In this document: positions 1 to 12,833 of the stretch, in pieces
How the letters are laid out: each line of letters begins with the position of its first letter
Numbering within the stretch: the stretch's first letter is position 1
Assembly: GCA_963575745.1 (NCBI GenBank)
Contig: CAUYUJ010000321.1
Coordinates: forward strand, 62,001-115,380
DNA from: Prorocentrum cordatum
Lineage: Eukaryota
Reading direction: 5' to 3'
Length of the DNA: 53,380 nt
Made by a program: the position numbers and the translations under genes
Notes under the pieces: generated by a model
What the model was told of the DNA's origin: nothing
Databases searched by the model: none
What the model saw: only the letters and a program-made list of their open reading frames with translations

Positions 1-1675
1 ATCATCATCACCACCACCACCATCATCCACATCATCTTCCTCTTCCTCCTCAGCGTCCTCTCCGTCCTTGTCACCCTACCCACACCGTCCTCCTCAATAT
101 CCTCATCATGATCTTCCAACTCCTCCAACTCTTTCTCCTCCTCCTTCCCCACTGCTCCCATCCCGCGTCCTCTCTCCATCTCTCCTTCGAGATCCCACCA
201 TCCCTCCCTCCCTCCTCGGCTTCGTCCTCCTCCCTCCCGTCTCCCTCGCGCCCTCTGCCCTCCCTCTTCTGTCCTTGCGGCCCCATCCTCCCTCCCACAT
301 GTCCTCCCGTCCCGCCCTGGTGATCCCGAGCACTGGCGCTCCCAGGCCGCCCCGACGCCCCCCTCTGCCGGGAGGAGGCGCATCGATCCGCTGACGCCCT
401 CCGCGAGCTTCACCGCAGCGTTGGCGTGCGGCGAGTCCTGGCGCGGCGCCGACAACTGCCCCCAGCGGAAGGGGGCGGGCCTTCTGGGGCCGCGCACTCT
501 CAAACCCGCCTGCCGAGGAGCCAAACGCCACGCGCATGGGCGGGGGAAGTGCGTGGCAGGACACCCGCCCCGAAACCAGCGCACCGCGAGATGTTCGAGC
601 CCTCGGGCTGGGAGAGGACCGGGACGCAGGAGCAAGGAAGAGCAAGGACGCAAGGGTACCCTGAGCAAAGTTGCGCGTCCTTACCAGGGTTTTTGACTGT
701 AAAGGATTCTCGCTCCGAGGGCCGTCGTCGCAACTGCGGAGTCCGCCTCGACGTGCTGGTCACAGCACGTCCCAGGACGGGTCCAGGCGGCGGCCGTGCC
801 GGCGAGGAGGACGGCGACAGGCGGCGGCGACCATGAGCAGGAGGGGCGGGCAGGACGGAGCGGGCGGGGGCAGGGCGGAGGAAGGGAAGGACGGCGACGA
901 CGGCCATGAGGACAAGGGGCAAAGGACGAGGGTCAGAACGATGAGAACGAGGAAGCGGAGGTCGAGGAGGGAAGATGAGAAAACCGACGGGGACAAGGAC
1001 GAGGAGGAGGAGGGGGAGGAGGGGCAGGGAGACCTGGAAGAGGACGATAAAGGAGGCGCTACGCGGGGGAGAAGCATATTATTCAGAGACAAGATGGAGG
1101 AAGGAACAGGGAGGAGGAGGGAGACGGCAGGATTGAGGAGGGTGCAAGGAAAAGGGAGGAGGGAGTAGGTGGGAGGGAGAGGAAGGGAGGAGGAGAAAGA
1201 GTCTCTACGACAGCCCTTGGAGATACTTGAGGCTCATGACACGTCGGGAGTTTCACACGACGACCTCCTGACGTTCAGATCAGAGTGAGGGGGCCGAACG
1301 GTCATTCACTGTCCCTGAATGCGTGGCTGAAATGAGATTCCGCGATGCGGAGTATTGTTATTGTTTGTTTGTTTGTTTGTGTGTTTGGTTGTTTGTGTGC
1401 TTGCTTGGTTTTTTGGTTGGTGTTGTTGATATTGGTGTTGGTGATGGTGTTGATGTTGTGGTGGTGGTGCTGTTGTTGTGAGTGTTGCTGTTGCTGTTGG
1501 TGTTGGTGTTGGTGTTGTTGGTGGTGTTGTTGCTGGTGATGTTGTTGCTAGAGTTGTTCAAAGTGGTGGTGGTGGTGGTGGTGGTGGTGGTGGTGGTGGT
1601 GGTGGTGGTGTTGTTGTTGTTGCTGGTGGTGGTCGTGGTGCTGTTGTCCGCATTGTCGCTGTTTGGCGTCGTCCC

Positions 1676-1865
1676 CCCCGCGACCTGGCCCGCGACTCAC
1701 CCGCGACCCGGCCCGCGACCCACCCGCGACCCGGCCCGCGACCCGCCCGCGCGACCCACCCCGCGACCCACCCGCAGCCGTCACGCGACCAACCCGCGAC
1801 CCACCCGCGACCCACCCGCGGCCGTCCCGCGACCGTACCGCGACATGGCCCGAGACCCACCCGCA
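1676..1865. repeat. 11-bp minisatellite CCCGCGACCC(A/G)
   Basis: Directly visible tandem units. Confidence 0.85.
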
Positions 1866-2399
1866 TTGCTTCATCAACAAAAATCGGCGCCTGCGGCGGG
1901 CCCGCTGTGCAGTTTAGAAAAATTGGGCGCCCGCGGCGGGCTTCTTCAGAGACTCGCAGACTGCAGACGTCCCCGCCGCCCCCGTCACTCTCATCCGCGA
2001 CTGCAGGGTGCCACGTACATTCGCGCACGCTCGCGCAAGTCCCTTTGGCTACTCCAAGCGCGCCTACAGCACACTGACAGCAGCCCATCCCACCGGCTCC
2101 AGCTGCTGCCCAGTGTCAGCTCTTCCAAGTTAAGTATTCCCCTCCTGACTCCACTGAACATGCTACCAACACTTAGCGGACCATCTTCGCCTCCATCACC
2201 TCCTCGCCACACCAGGTAAGCACATACTCCACGTTCAGGCGGAGTATTACTGTGGTCCTGTCAGCTGCGTTCACATGAGTCTAGTTTGCTGGCCACTGCG
2301 CCTGAGTCGGTTGCACGTTTTCGTTAACGCTACGGATTCGATACCAAAGTCTACCCAACTTACCAAGGGACGAGTGGGAAGAGGACACAGGGGTAGTGT

Positions 2400-2600
2400 T
2401 AGGAGGCAACTACTGGGAGGTTTTCGTCGGAAAAATTAAAGAGGATTAAGCCCCATTTGGGGCCGGAATGGGCCTCGGACTAAGCAGGATTAAGCGGGAT
2501 TAAGCGGGATCAAGCGGGAAGAAGCCGGACCAAGCGGGATTAAGCCGGATTTCGGACCAGGGCTAGATCAGAATTTGACCTCCCAGGAGTTGCATCCGAA
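2400..2600. mobile_element. MITE with ~23-bp TIR, 8-9-bp TSD and internal 10-bp tandem repeat
   Basis: TAGGAGGCAACTACTGGGAGGT versus TCGGATGCAACTCCTGGGAGGT; GGTAGTGT on both sides; about 7 TAAGCGGGAT-like units at 2481-2550. Confidence 0.75.
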
Positions 2601-3225
2601 GGTAGTGTAAGTGTGGGAGGGAGGGGGGAAGGAACGAGGATGAACGAGATAAGACCTCGGGAGGGTAACAGGAGAGGGAGACGGAGAGGCACGGCGAAGG
2701 GCCAGACGGGGAAGGCAGCGGGAGGAGCGATAGCAGAAACGGGAGGAGCGAGGGCGAGGAGGGTGCAGACAGGAGCGAAAGGGAAGGACGGAAGGGGGGA
2801 GGGGGGGAAGCATCGGCGCTGCTCGAGGGCCCTGGCCTGAGAAGGGGCCCACCTGGGGTGAGATCGCGACCACCCCCTTGGCTGCCGTCCGCCCAGGGCC
2901 TTCCGAGCCTGGACCTCCGACGTCATGAAACCTCAGAACATACTCGAAAGACACTTGCGGCGGCGGAGGAGGAGGAGGAAGAGGAGGAGGGAGGAGGAGG
3001 AGGAGGAGGAGGACGAAGAGGAGGGAGGAGGAGGGAGGAGGAGGAGGGAGGGAGGAAGGAGGAGGGAAACGTCAAGGCTGCTTTGAAAGACGCTCGCGAG
3101 GTGGGCGCGGAGAGCACGCGCTCGCCCAGGCGCCCGCGACGCGCCCTGCAGAAGCCCGCCCGTGCGAGGAGGCGGCGGGCGCGGCCGAGAGCCTGGGCCC
3201 GCGGGAGCGCCGCGGGGGGCCCAAA

Positions 3226-3524
3226 TCGGGTCGGGCGAAAGGGGAGGATAGCACAGGGGGGTTTGAGAATCAGCTCGTCACTGGTAATGTACACGTTCCA
3301 GCTTCCGACTTTCCCTCCTGATCAAAATTCGGGCCCGGCGAAAAGGGGGGATAGCACAGGGGGGGGTTGAGCATCAGCTCACGTAGCTGATTGTCCCGGC
3401 GCCTCCCCGCGCCGGAGGCGCCCATGTATCGAGGAAGGGGCCCCCTCGGCGAGGCCGAAACCAGCTGCATGCAGCACATTTCGTAACCCCCGCTTTCCCA
3501 ATCCCCCCCTTTCGCCCGGCCCGA
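3226..3524. mobile_element. MITE family A (TCGGG...CCCGA), 5-bp TSD CCAAA
   Basis: 24-bp TIR with a second internal left TIR at 3329. Homologous copies at ~4890-5142 and ~20614-20973. Confidence 0.85.
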
Positions 3525-3639
3525 CCAAAGGGCGCGCGGGGTGCCCGGGAACACCTGGGTCGCGTCGGGGAGTTGCGGCGAAAGATAAAACAACACACAA
3601 AACATGCCCCCAAAGAGGCCAAGAAATACTCAACGGGGG

Positions 3640-4048
3640 TCAAGTCGGGCCTCTCCCCCATACAAGGGGGATGTGCGACGAAAGGTAAAACAGCACACCA
3701 GACATGCCCCCAAAAAGGCCCCAAGAATACAAAAAGCAGTCCCCAGGCTATTTTTTGGGGACGCTTTTTTGCCTATTTTCAGTGTCTTTTTCATGGTTCG
3801 TCGAAACGTTGGGAGGCCTGGAAATGTGCACCAACACCAAGACACGGGGCTGCCTCCACAGGGTGGAGACGATCCTAGAATTCGGTGTTGGTGGAAATAT
3901 TTCGGCCACCTTGGAAGCCAGAATATTACCACCATCACCGAAATCGGGATCGTCTTCCCTGGGTGGAGGCACACCGCCGATACTGGTGTTGGTGTCAATC
4001 TCTAGGACTCCGAAAACTCCCCCTGTAGGGGGACAAGCCCGACTCAAC
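3640..4048. mobile_element. TIR element (TCAAGTCGGG...CCCGACTCAA); related copy at 13646-13806
   Basis: About 30-bp imperfect TIR containing TCCCCCTACAGGGGGA; no TSD resolved. Confidence 0.6.
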
Positions 4049-4176
4049 ACGTGGGGGCCCCCTTGCCCGTGGAGCGGTGCGCGCCCGAGAGAGCTGCACT
4101 CGTGGGCCGAGGCCAGCTCCAGTTTGCGCCGTCCCCGGCCGGGAGCTCCCGCGTCCGGCGTTCCAGCGCACCTCGA

Positions 4177-4433
4177 CGAAGGGGCCCCAGGACACACAAA
4201 TACCTCCTCCTCATCCTCCTCCTCCTCCTCCTCCTCCTCCTCCCACTCCTAGCCCTTTCGATCAGGGTCGGCAGCACCGGCCGTCAGGCCTCTCCAATAC
4301 ACACAAATAAAAGGATTCCCCCTATTTTCCCATATGTTCTGGGTTTTGGTCTTCCCCCCCCCGTTCCCATATGTTCCCATATTGTCCTGGGAGTGGACGA
4401 TGAATTGTGCCTGTGTGTTTGTTCCCCTCCTGA
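4177..4433. mobile_element. MITE family B copy, 5-bp TSD CTCGA
   Basis: CGAAGGGGCCCCAGGACACAC...CCCTCCTGA; homologous to 13808-13970. Confidence 0.75.
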
Positions 4434-5288
4434 CTCGATCAGTCTTGCACCCCCCCCAACACAAAAAAACAGTAGAAGCCACAAACGACTTGCTCGGCAC
4501 GCTTCCTCGTCGAGTTGGGGCAGGCCCCCCGTGCGGGGCCGGCCGCGGTTCGACCGCGCCTCGCTCCACAGCACGTCCACCCATGATTCTCTCGGCGGCC
4601 GTATTGACGGACCGGGGCCTGGCCACCAGCGGGAAATAGTGAGCTCAACAGTCGACGATGACTTGTGACTTGTGTCTGTGCGTTTCTTGTTCTAGGGAAC
4701 CGAACTTTATACACCGATACTTTTTTTCCGGTCCCGCAATGAGATGCGCACAAGAAAACGGGTTCTGGTGTATACGGCATCCTGGTGTATACACGTTTTG
4801 TCGTTTCCAGAGGGAAAACGGAGAAACAAATATACACCACACTACCCCGACGTCGCTTCCGACCCCCAAAAAATCTGGGGATTGAAAAACAGCCCGTCAC
4901 TGGTGATGTACACGTTCCAGCTTCCGACTTTCCCTCCTGATCAAAATTCGGGCCCGGCGAAAAGGGGGGATAGCACAGGGGGGGGGTGAGAATCAGCTCG
5001 CGTAGCTGATTTGCGCGGCGCCTCCCGGCGCTGGAGGCGCCCGAGTATCGAGGAATGGGCCTGGCGGCGGGGCTGGAACCAGCTGCACGCAGCAGATTTC
5101 GTAACCCCCGCTTTCCCGATCCCCCCCTTTCGTTCGGCCCGAAAAGAGAAGAGGGAGGAGGAGGAGGAGGAGGAAGGAGGAGGAAGGAGAGGGGGGAGGA
5201 GGAGGAGAAGGAGGAGGAAGGAGGAGGAAGGAGAGGAGGGAGGAGGAGGAGGAGGTAGGAGGAGGATGAGGAGGAGGAGGAGGAGGAG

Positions 5289-5322
<34 letters not shown>

Positions 5323-6807
5323 AGGAGGAGAGGGGAGGAGGAGGTAGAGGAGGGGAGGAGAGAGGAGGAGGGGAGGAGGAGGAGGAAGGAGGAGGGGGGA
5401 GGAGGAGGAGAGGAGGAGGAGGAGGAGGAGGAGGAGGAGGAGGAGGAGGAGGAGGTGGAAGGAGGAGGGGGGGAGGAGAGGAGGGAGGAGGAGGAGGAGG
5501 AGGAGGAGGAGAGGAGGAGGAGGAGGAGGAGGAGAGGGAGAGGAGGAGGGGGAGGAGGTCGGGGCCCTGGGCGCCCAGGGACACCCAGGTCATACAAGCA
5601 CGAGCCCGGAGGTGTCCCGGGTGCTCCCTCGGAGCGGTCCGGAGCGCGAAGCGCCGGCGCGCGGGTTCACGCGCCCAGGCCCCCCTCTTTTCCAGGGGCG
5701 GGGCGCGCGCGGCCCACGGCCCCGCAGGCTGCACTGCGCGCGCCAGGCGCCCACCCAGGGAGGAGGAGGAGGACGAGGAGGAGGAGGAGGAGGATGGGGA
5801 GGAGGAGGAGGAGGACGAGGAGGAGGAGGGGGAAGAGGAGGAGGAGGAGGAGGAGGAGGAGGAGGAGGAGGAGGAGGAGGAGGAGGAGGAAGAGGAGGAG
5901 GGGGAGGAGGCCAAGACGGCACCAAGCGCGCCCCGAGAGGGCCCAAGAGGCGGTTCTTAGGGTCCCAGAGGGGGGATGCATCGTCATCCCCACCCTCCGT
6001 CGATGGATTGCCTCCAAGATGACCCCATGGGGCACTCCAGGGCTCCCAAGAGGGCCCCAAGAGGGCTCCAAGATGGCCTCAAGAGGGCCCAAAGGGCCCC
6101 AAGAAGACCCCAAGACTCCCCAAAAGAGCCCCCAGAGTGCCCCAAGAGGTGATACGAGGGCTCCCAAGGGGGGGGGGGGGGGGGGGGAGACCGAACACCC
6201 CCCTCCTCTTACCGATGACCTCCAAGAGAGCTCCAAAAGGCCCTCCAAGGCTTCCGAAAGGCCTTCAAGAGGGCCCTGAGACGGAAGACCCCCAAAAAGA
6301 GCCCCAATCGGGACCCCAATACCTTCCAAAACAGCCCCAAGAGGGCCCCAAGAGGATCCCGAGGGAGCAACAGCACCAGCAACACCAGCAGCAGCAACAC
6401 CAGCAGCAGCACCAGCAGCAGCATCACCAGCAGCAGCACCAGAACCAACACCAGCAGGAGCTGCAGCATCATCGGAAGCACCAACAGCAGCCCCAACACC
6501 AGCAGCACCACCAGCAGCACCAGCAGCAGCAGCACCACCACCACCACCAGCAACACCAGCAGCAGCAGCACCAGCAGCAGCATCAGCAGCAGCACCAGCA
6601 GCAGCATCAGCAGCACCAGAACCAGCACCACCACCAATACCAGCAGCAGCACCATCAACAGCATCACCACCATCAGCATCAGCATCAGCGGCAGCAGCAG
6701 CAGCACCAGGATCAGTATCGCTCGGTTCGCCCTTGTTGCCTGCGCTGTTTCACAATGTGAATGCGTGCATATTATCACATCATCCCCTCTGGGCTGGTGG
6801 GGGGGAC

Positions 6808-8225
6808 TTTTTTTATTACAGCCGCAAGCGGAAGCGCCAGCGGCGGAAGGTCGCGAACGGGCCGCGGACGCGACTAAATTACCTAACGCGCGCAGGGCCG
6901 CGGATCAGGCGGCTCACGACAGCGTCCAGGGGGGGCGAAGCCGATGCAATCCAGGTGCCATGACAGCCCCTGAACGGGCATGCAGGTGCGTCCGACAGGC
7001 CTGAGGTAGGCACCGAAACGACCTAGCGCAGCCAAAATGGCGCGATAACGTTCCAACGTCCAGGTGCGGACAAGGGAACGACCCGAGGACGTCAGCCCCA
7101 GCCTGTCGGGTAGCACAGACGACGGAGTGGTAAGTCCAACGAGGATCCCGACGGCGGCAGCGAGCCGCGGCGCCAGAACGACATCAAGGTGTATCATTGT
7201 TCCGAGAAGATTACCACACCGAGATGTTTCAGCCCAGACCCAGCGGGTGGAAGGGCACCTAATGCACGCTACCCGTCGAAACGCGGCGCGTGCACACCAC
7301 AGTGTCACAGCGCAGTCCAAAGAGACGGAGAGCACAGGCGGAACGAGACCGTGTATACCCAGGCAAGTCCCACAAAACCACTGATCCAGGGTCGCGGTAG
7401 GAAGCCGTCCAGCAATGGGAGTCCAGAGGGCACCGATCCATGGAGCCTGAAGGGTACCACAGGCTGACTGGGAACAGGGACCAACGGAAAAAGCTGACGG
7501 CGAGCCAGTCGCAACGCAAGAAGCGCATCCAGGGTGTGGAGCATGAAGACAAGACAGAACATCCACCACTGAGATGCGACAGCCCAGATCCGACGAGTGG
7601 AAGGGCGCAGAAGAGCACGATACACGGCAGACCCCGAGGAGTATGCGCATCTAAGGTGGCCCAGCGATACCCAACCGAGTCGTCTAGCACAGAGGGACGA
7701 GGACGCCTTGTACCCGAGACGTGTCCCTCAGAGCCAATGGATCCAGGGTGACGGCGGAAGGCCGTGCTTCTTGTTTGAAAGGTCCAGGGTGACGGCGGAA
7801 GGCCGATCGTTCGGTTAGAAAGTCCAGGGGGAAGCCAGTGGACAGGCGAGCCGTGGCCCACTGACAGGCCAGGAAGGCCTGGCGGTGAGACAACTAACGT
7901 AGGGCCTGAGGCCGCGAGTCCACTGCGGAGAGGCGGTGGACGGTATTGCCGAAGCGCGCACCTGGATCCAAAGGCAGGAGGTGCGCGCATCGGGTGGAGG
8001 GCGGCAGAGCGCCGCGATTTGGGGCCCGCGGCGCGGCCTGGGCAGCGTCCGCTGGGATTCAGGAAGTGAAACAAGGCGGGGAGAGAGGAGCCGAGTGACA
8101 AGAGGGTGTCGGCCACCGGTGGAGAAAGGCAGTGATGCCAGTGGCAAGTGGTCTGCAGGATGCGCGGTGTCACGCACGGAGCAAACGGTATTACCGAACG
8201 GCACCCCAAGGCCAAGGGTGAGAGA
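6808..8225 (-). mobile_element. 1.4-kb A-tailed retroposed insertion of unknown origin
   Basis: Minus-strand 3' end TGTAATAAAAAAA. Flanked by CTGGT(G7)AC at 6794-6807 and CTGGC(G9)AC at 8226-8241. Confidence 0.55.
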
Positions 8226-8399
8226 CTGGCGGGGGGGGGACGCGCAGCGTCAAGAAATGTGTCTCCAGCACGACGTCCGTGTTATTTCGAGGGAAGCTCG
8301 GGAGCACCAGGGCGCGTTTGGGACGGGCGGGGTGTATGTTACATGTATGCTGCGTGGCCTGAATCGGCGGATCGGAGGGTTCGCCCGGCCGACGCTGGG

Positions 8400-8910
8400 A
8401 CGCCCCGCGGCGGGCCAAACCCAGGGGCCCCCGGGCCTGCCGGGCCAAACTGTGGGGGGCTCTGGGCCCGTCTGGCCACCATGCCTAAAAGCTGGCCCGT
8501 CTGGCTACGTCTCGGAGGCTCCAGGGGCCCGCCCGGCTAAGGCCGGGCCGTTCTGCTAAAGCTGGGAGGCTCGGGGGCCCGTCTGGCCAAGGCTGGCGAA
8601 CTTGGGGGCCCTTCCCGCCAGGGCCAGGGGGCTGCGGGGCCCGTCCGGCTCAGGTTCGGGGGCTCGGGGGCCCGTCCGGCTAAGGCTGGGGGGCTCGGGG
8701 GCCCGTCCGGCTAAGGCTCGGGGGGGCAGGGGCCCCTCCGGTTAAGGCCAGGGGGCTCTGGGACCCGTCCGGCGAAGGCTGGGAGGCTCCGGGGCTTAAG
8801 GTTGGGGGGCTCTGGGGCCCGTCTGCCGGAGGGCTCTGGGGCCCGTCTGGGGGGTTCGGGTGCCCGTCTCGTCCACGGGGGGTCCTCGGGACCTTCGGGC
8901 TAAGGGCAAG
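8400..8910. repeat. ~30-bp GC-rich minisatellite (GGCTAAGGCTGGGGGGCTCGGGGGCCCGTCC)
   Basis: Degenerate tandem units. Confidence 0.8.
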
Positions 8911-9760
8911 GGGCGGCGCGGCGCGTCTGGGAGAAGCTGGGGAGGATGGGGGCCCGCGGTTACGGCGTCTGGCCGAGTGGCACAGAGAGAGAGAGACACA
9001 AAAAGAGGAAGAGAACATGATTTCACGGAGGCCCCCCCGCAAATATATCACTTGGCACGAGCACGAGGATGCCAACATGCCCCAAGAGCCCTCCAAGAGC
9101 CCCCAAAAGAGCTGTAAATGCGTCCCCAAGCGGCTTTCGACAGACATCCGCAGAGAGCCCGAGAGGCTCTCAACACACCTCTGGCCCACAATCCATGCAT
9201 AGTGGCGGGCTGTACTATTGAACTGATTCAGATATCCGTTGTGCGTTGCCACGCAACTACCCTGCCAATGCTGCTTCCCAAACGAGTTTAACGCGACAGT
9301 TTCAGGAAGCCACCAACACCCACCGCCGCGGGTGGGCCTCAGCCGCGTTAGCCTTGACAGGCAGATGACGATGTGATGGCGAAATGGAGGATGGTGAGAT
9401 GCATGCAAAATAGCATGCTATGAGCAGCCTCGCGCATTCCGCTGGTCGATGATGTTTCGAGCAGGGCTCGAGCGCTTGTACTCTCACACAAAGAGCAACT
9501 TGCGCATGAGACGTCCTCGGACAAAAAACGGTCTCGGAGACTCCGAATCAAAAAAATCGCGCTTTCGCTAGAGTGTATCGAACAAACTGTTCCGGAGGGG
9601 AGTCGTACATCAACGCCTCTCATATTCGCTGGACACATCCTCGAAACATCGGTTTCGAAGGGAGCTCCTTGTCTCAAGTAATACCACTTCGCTGGATTCA
9701 TCCTCGACACATCGGCTTCGTACAAGCACACACACTTTCGCCACACACACTTTCGCGAAG

Positions 9761-9892
9761 GATTGCAAAAAAAACAAAGGATTGCAGAAAAACCCAGGAT
9801 TGCAACAAACAAAAAAAAAAAAAAAAAAAAAAAAAACTCGGTTTTTTGCAATCCTTCGGGTTTGTTTTGCAATCCTTCGTTTTTTTGCAATC
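9761..9892. repeat. Foldback palindrome of GGATTGCAAAA units around an A-run
   Basis: Three GATTGCA units face three TGCAATC units. Confidence 0.75.
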
Positions 9893-12552
9893 ATACATCC
9901 TCGGAACAAAAACTCAACGGAGTCTCAACATGGCCCAAGGACATCTCAATTGGGAACGCCCTTCGCGCACTCGACGCCCCACGGACGCCTAGAGGCCCGT
10001 AGCTGCCCCCCAAATCAAACTCAAGGAACTTCACTTAGGCACACCCCTCACGCACTGCATATGCTGAAACGCCCCCCCCCCTCCAGGAACGCAACGACTG
10101 GTGCAGACCTCGCGAAAGCAGCCATTATCTCGAGAAGCCACTGATTGCAAATCTGCATGCGAGTTTCCCCGTCGGGGCCCGCCGTGACTCCCGCTCTGCA
10201 GGCTCAATAAGCTGAATAGCGCAGCACAAACGCGCCGATCGTCTCGGCACGACGACGATGCTGCGTCGAGCTCAATATCTATGTATATATATATTATCCC
10301 TTTGGGGGGCCTTCGGGGTCCCTATGGTGGCTAGGGCTGGGCGCGGCTTGAATAACGGTCCAGGATTGCACATGGGAAAATTCGCCGACCCCTTGTGGGT
10401 CTCTGGGCGTGTGAGATTCCTCCCCCCCATGATCCCCCCCCCATGGACCCCAATCTGGGAATTCACCCCCCCCCCATGGCCGCGTACGGCCCCGGGCCGA
10501 ACGCGGCATGGGGGGGTAGACGGCTCCCCGACGACCCACGAGAGCTCCAAGACGCACCCAAGACAATCCAAGAAGGCCCCCGGTCGCTGAAAGAGCGTTC
10601 CAACACGCCCAAGATGGCCTCCAAACGGCCCAGGACGCCCCCAAGGCGCCCCACAGAGCCTCCAAGAGGCCTCCCACCATGGCGTCGAAAAACGACATCC
10701 TCAAATCTCTTTTGGAAAACGTAGCATGTACGACTCTTCGCCCTCCACGGCGTGAAGACGGCCCAAGAAGCCCCCAAGACCGCCCCATGAGGTTCCCAGA
10801 ATACCCATCGGTCGGAAGAAGTAGGTAGAAACATGAAGTAGGAAGGCGTTGGAAATAGATTGGGTTTCCGCCCGCCTCCTGAAGAGGAAGGAAGAGGGAA
10901 AACCATTCGACTCTTGAAGTAGGAAGGCGCTGAAAGTAGATTGGAATCTGGGAATCCAAAAATACCTACTTTCAACGACCGGTGGGTAGCCCCAAAACGA
11001 CCCAAGGCTCACGGCCATAGGCGCGCCCAATAAGGCCCAGGAGAGCCCCAAGACTGCCCCACGAAGGGCCCAAGAGCGGGGGCCTGGACCGACCATTCGA
11101 GCTCCCCACCCCAAGATGCACCCCAGAGCCCTCAAGAGGCCCCCAAAAAGGCTCCAAGGGGCCCCCAAAGACGCGCCCAAAGGGCCCAAAACGAGCCCCA
11201 CGAGGCTTCAAAACTGCTCCCAAGAGGCCCCCGACAGGCTTCATAAAACGGTCCTAGGAAAGTGACCGGGAAGAGAGCCCCACAAAGCTCCCTGAATAAT
11301 CTGACCCACAACCAATACGCAGTGGCGGGGCAGGCCGAATGCCCCTCGATATTTGACAGCGTGGGAGCCCGCAGAACACCTTTTCTCCTCCTCCTCCTCC
11401 TCCTCCTCCTCCTCCTCCTCCTCCTCCTCGCCCTTATTTCCGCATCCTCCTTATCATAATCGTCGCCCTCCTTCAAACTTTCCTGCCAGGTCCTCCTTCC
11501 ACGGTTTTCGGGTCGTGCAGCGCCATTGCAAAGTCCATCTCCAAAACGGCCACCCGAACGCGCATGATTTGCATGACTTGCATTTCAGGGTGCCGTTTGC
11601 TTGTTTCAGCGCGCGACACACGGCAGTTTCTTTTGGCGCGTGCCACTGCACTGATAAGCCTGCCATGTGCGCGCAGCGAAACCAAGGTTCGTGCAATCCG
11701 CGCACACCAAGACCAATCGGAGCTTCTAACAAGAAATCGATTTGGATCGGAACGAAATGAATCGGAACACCGACGTCGAAATCGGATCGGATCGGGATCC
11801 CTCCTTACCCCGGATGACCTCCAACCTCATCGTACCTCCCGTGGTCCACGAAACCGTATTTTGCTATTGGTGTGTTTTCACCAAATCACTCCTTTCTCAG
11901 GCGCATCCAGCCCACAAGACCTCCCCCGCGCCAATCGCCCCCCGCCCCAACCCGCTCCATTTCATGTTCAGCAAATGTCCGCGCCATCCAAACCGTCCCC
12001 TGGGCCACATCGCCTTCACCCGTCCTCCCGCCAATCCTCCACGCGCCTCTTTTGAATTTCCGCGTGAACCACGCTCCCCCTCCCAGCTGTCCAGGTGAAT
12101 TCTTCCATGTCTTTCCCATATTCCTCGCGTTTCCTCCGCGCCCCCCCAAAACTTCCTCATGTCCGTCCCAGCTTCCCCATGACATTCCCAACTTGCCCAT
12201 GGTCTTCCCAACCCCCCACCTCCGTCCCATCTCCCCCATGTCATTCCCAACTGCCCTATAGTCTTCCCAACTTCCGCACCCCCGCCCCCTCTCCCCCATG
12301 CGCAATCATGTTCCACAGGGTCGCCAAAACTCCCCCGCACGCTCGCCGCCTTCCACACGCCCGCGCATCCTGCTACACCCCGACGCGCATTCCAACATGT
12401 TCTCACCATCTCAAACTAACTTCCCCCATCACCTTCCACATCTGGTTTGCGTTTTTGGCTCCAACAAAGCTTACTGGGAATTGGGGCGTTAGATGCCTCG
12501 ACGCGTTGAACTGTCGCCCTGCCCGCCGTCACGGCCGTGATTGCTTCCTCTG

Positions 12553-12792
12553 CTATGGCACCTGCGGTGTTCGCAACCGAGTTCGTCTGGGCTGAGTCCC
12601 GGATAGGTCCGACAGCATGTCGTAGATCCAGTTGGTCTTCTCGTATTTCGTCATCTTGTCTGTGTTTGAATCAGTCTTCAGCTCTTCAGTCTCTGGTGAG
12701 CTGCCCACAGAAACTGCACCCTTGCGTGCACCGTCCTTCGACATCACAGGCCGACTCGAGTGAGTTATTGATGGGGGACATGAAAGTGACAT
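12553..12792 (-). pseudogene. Short ORF or first exon behind the SL relic, product unknown
   Basis: 79 aa, MSLSCPPSITH...RTPQVP*, non-repetitive; no domain recognised. Confidence 0.35.
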
Positions 12793-12816
12793 AGTGAGCG
12801 AGTTGTATTCGGAAGA

Positions 12817-12833
12817 CTTGAGCCAAACTGGCT
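12817..12833 (-). other. DinoSL relic (16/17)
   Basis: Minus strand AGCCAGTTTGGCTCAAG versus AGCCATTTTGGCTCAAG. ATG lies 24 nt downstream at 12792. Confidence 0.75.

Noticed and set aside
5905..6365. ORFs in CCCCAAGAG-rich segments (also ~10540-11240)
   Set aside because: Degenerate dispersed repeat with no protein motif.
7030..7041. GCCATTTTGGCT on the minus strand (SL core)
   Set aside because: Only 12 nt, flanks do not match, and it lies inside the insertion rather than at a 5' end.
7742..7830. CRISPR-like repeat with variable spacer
   Set aside because: About 2.5 units, spacers short and similar to each other, eukaryotic context, no cas genes.
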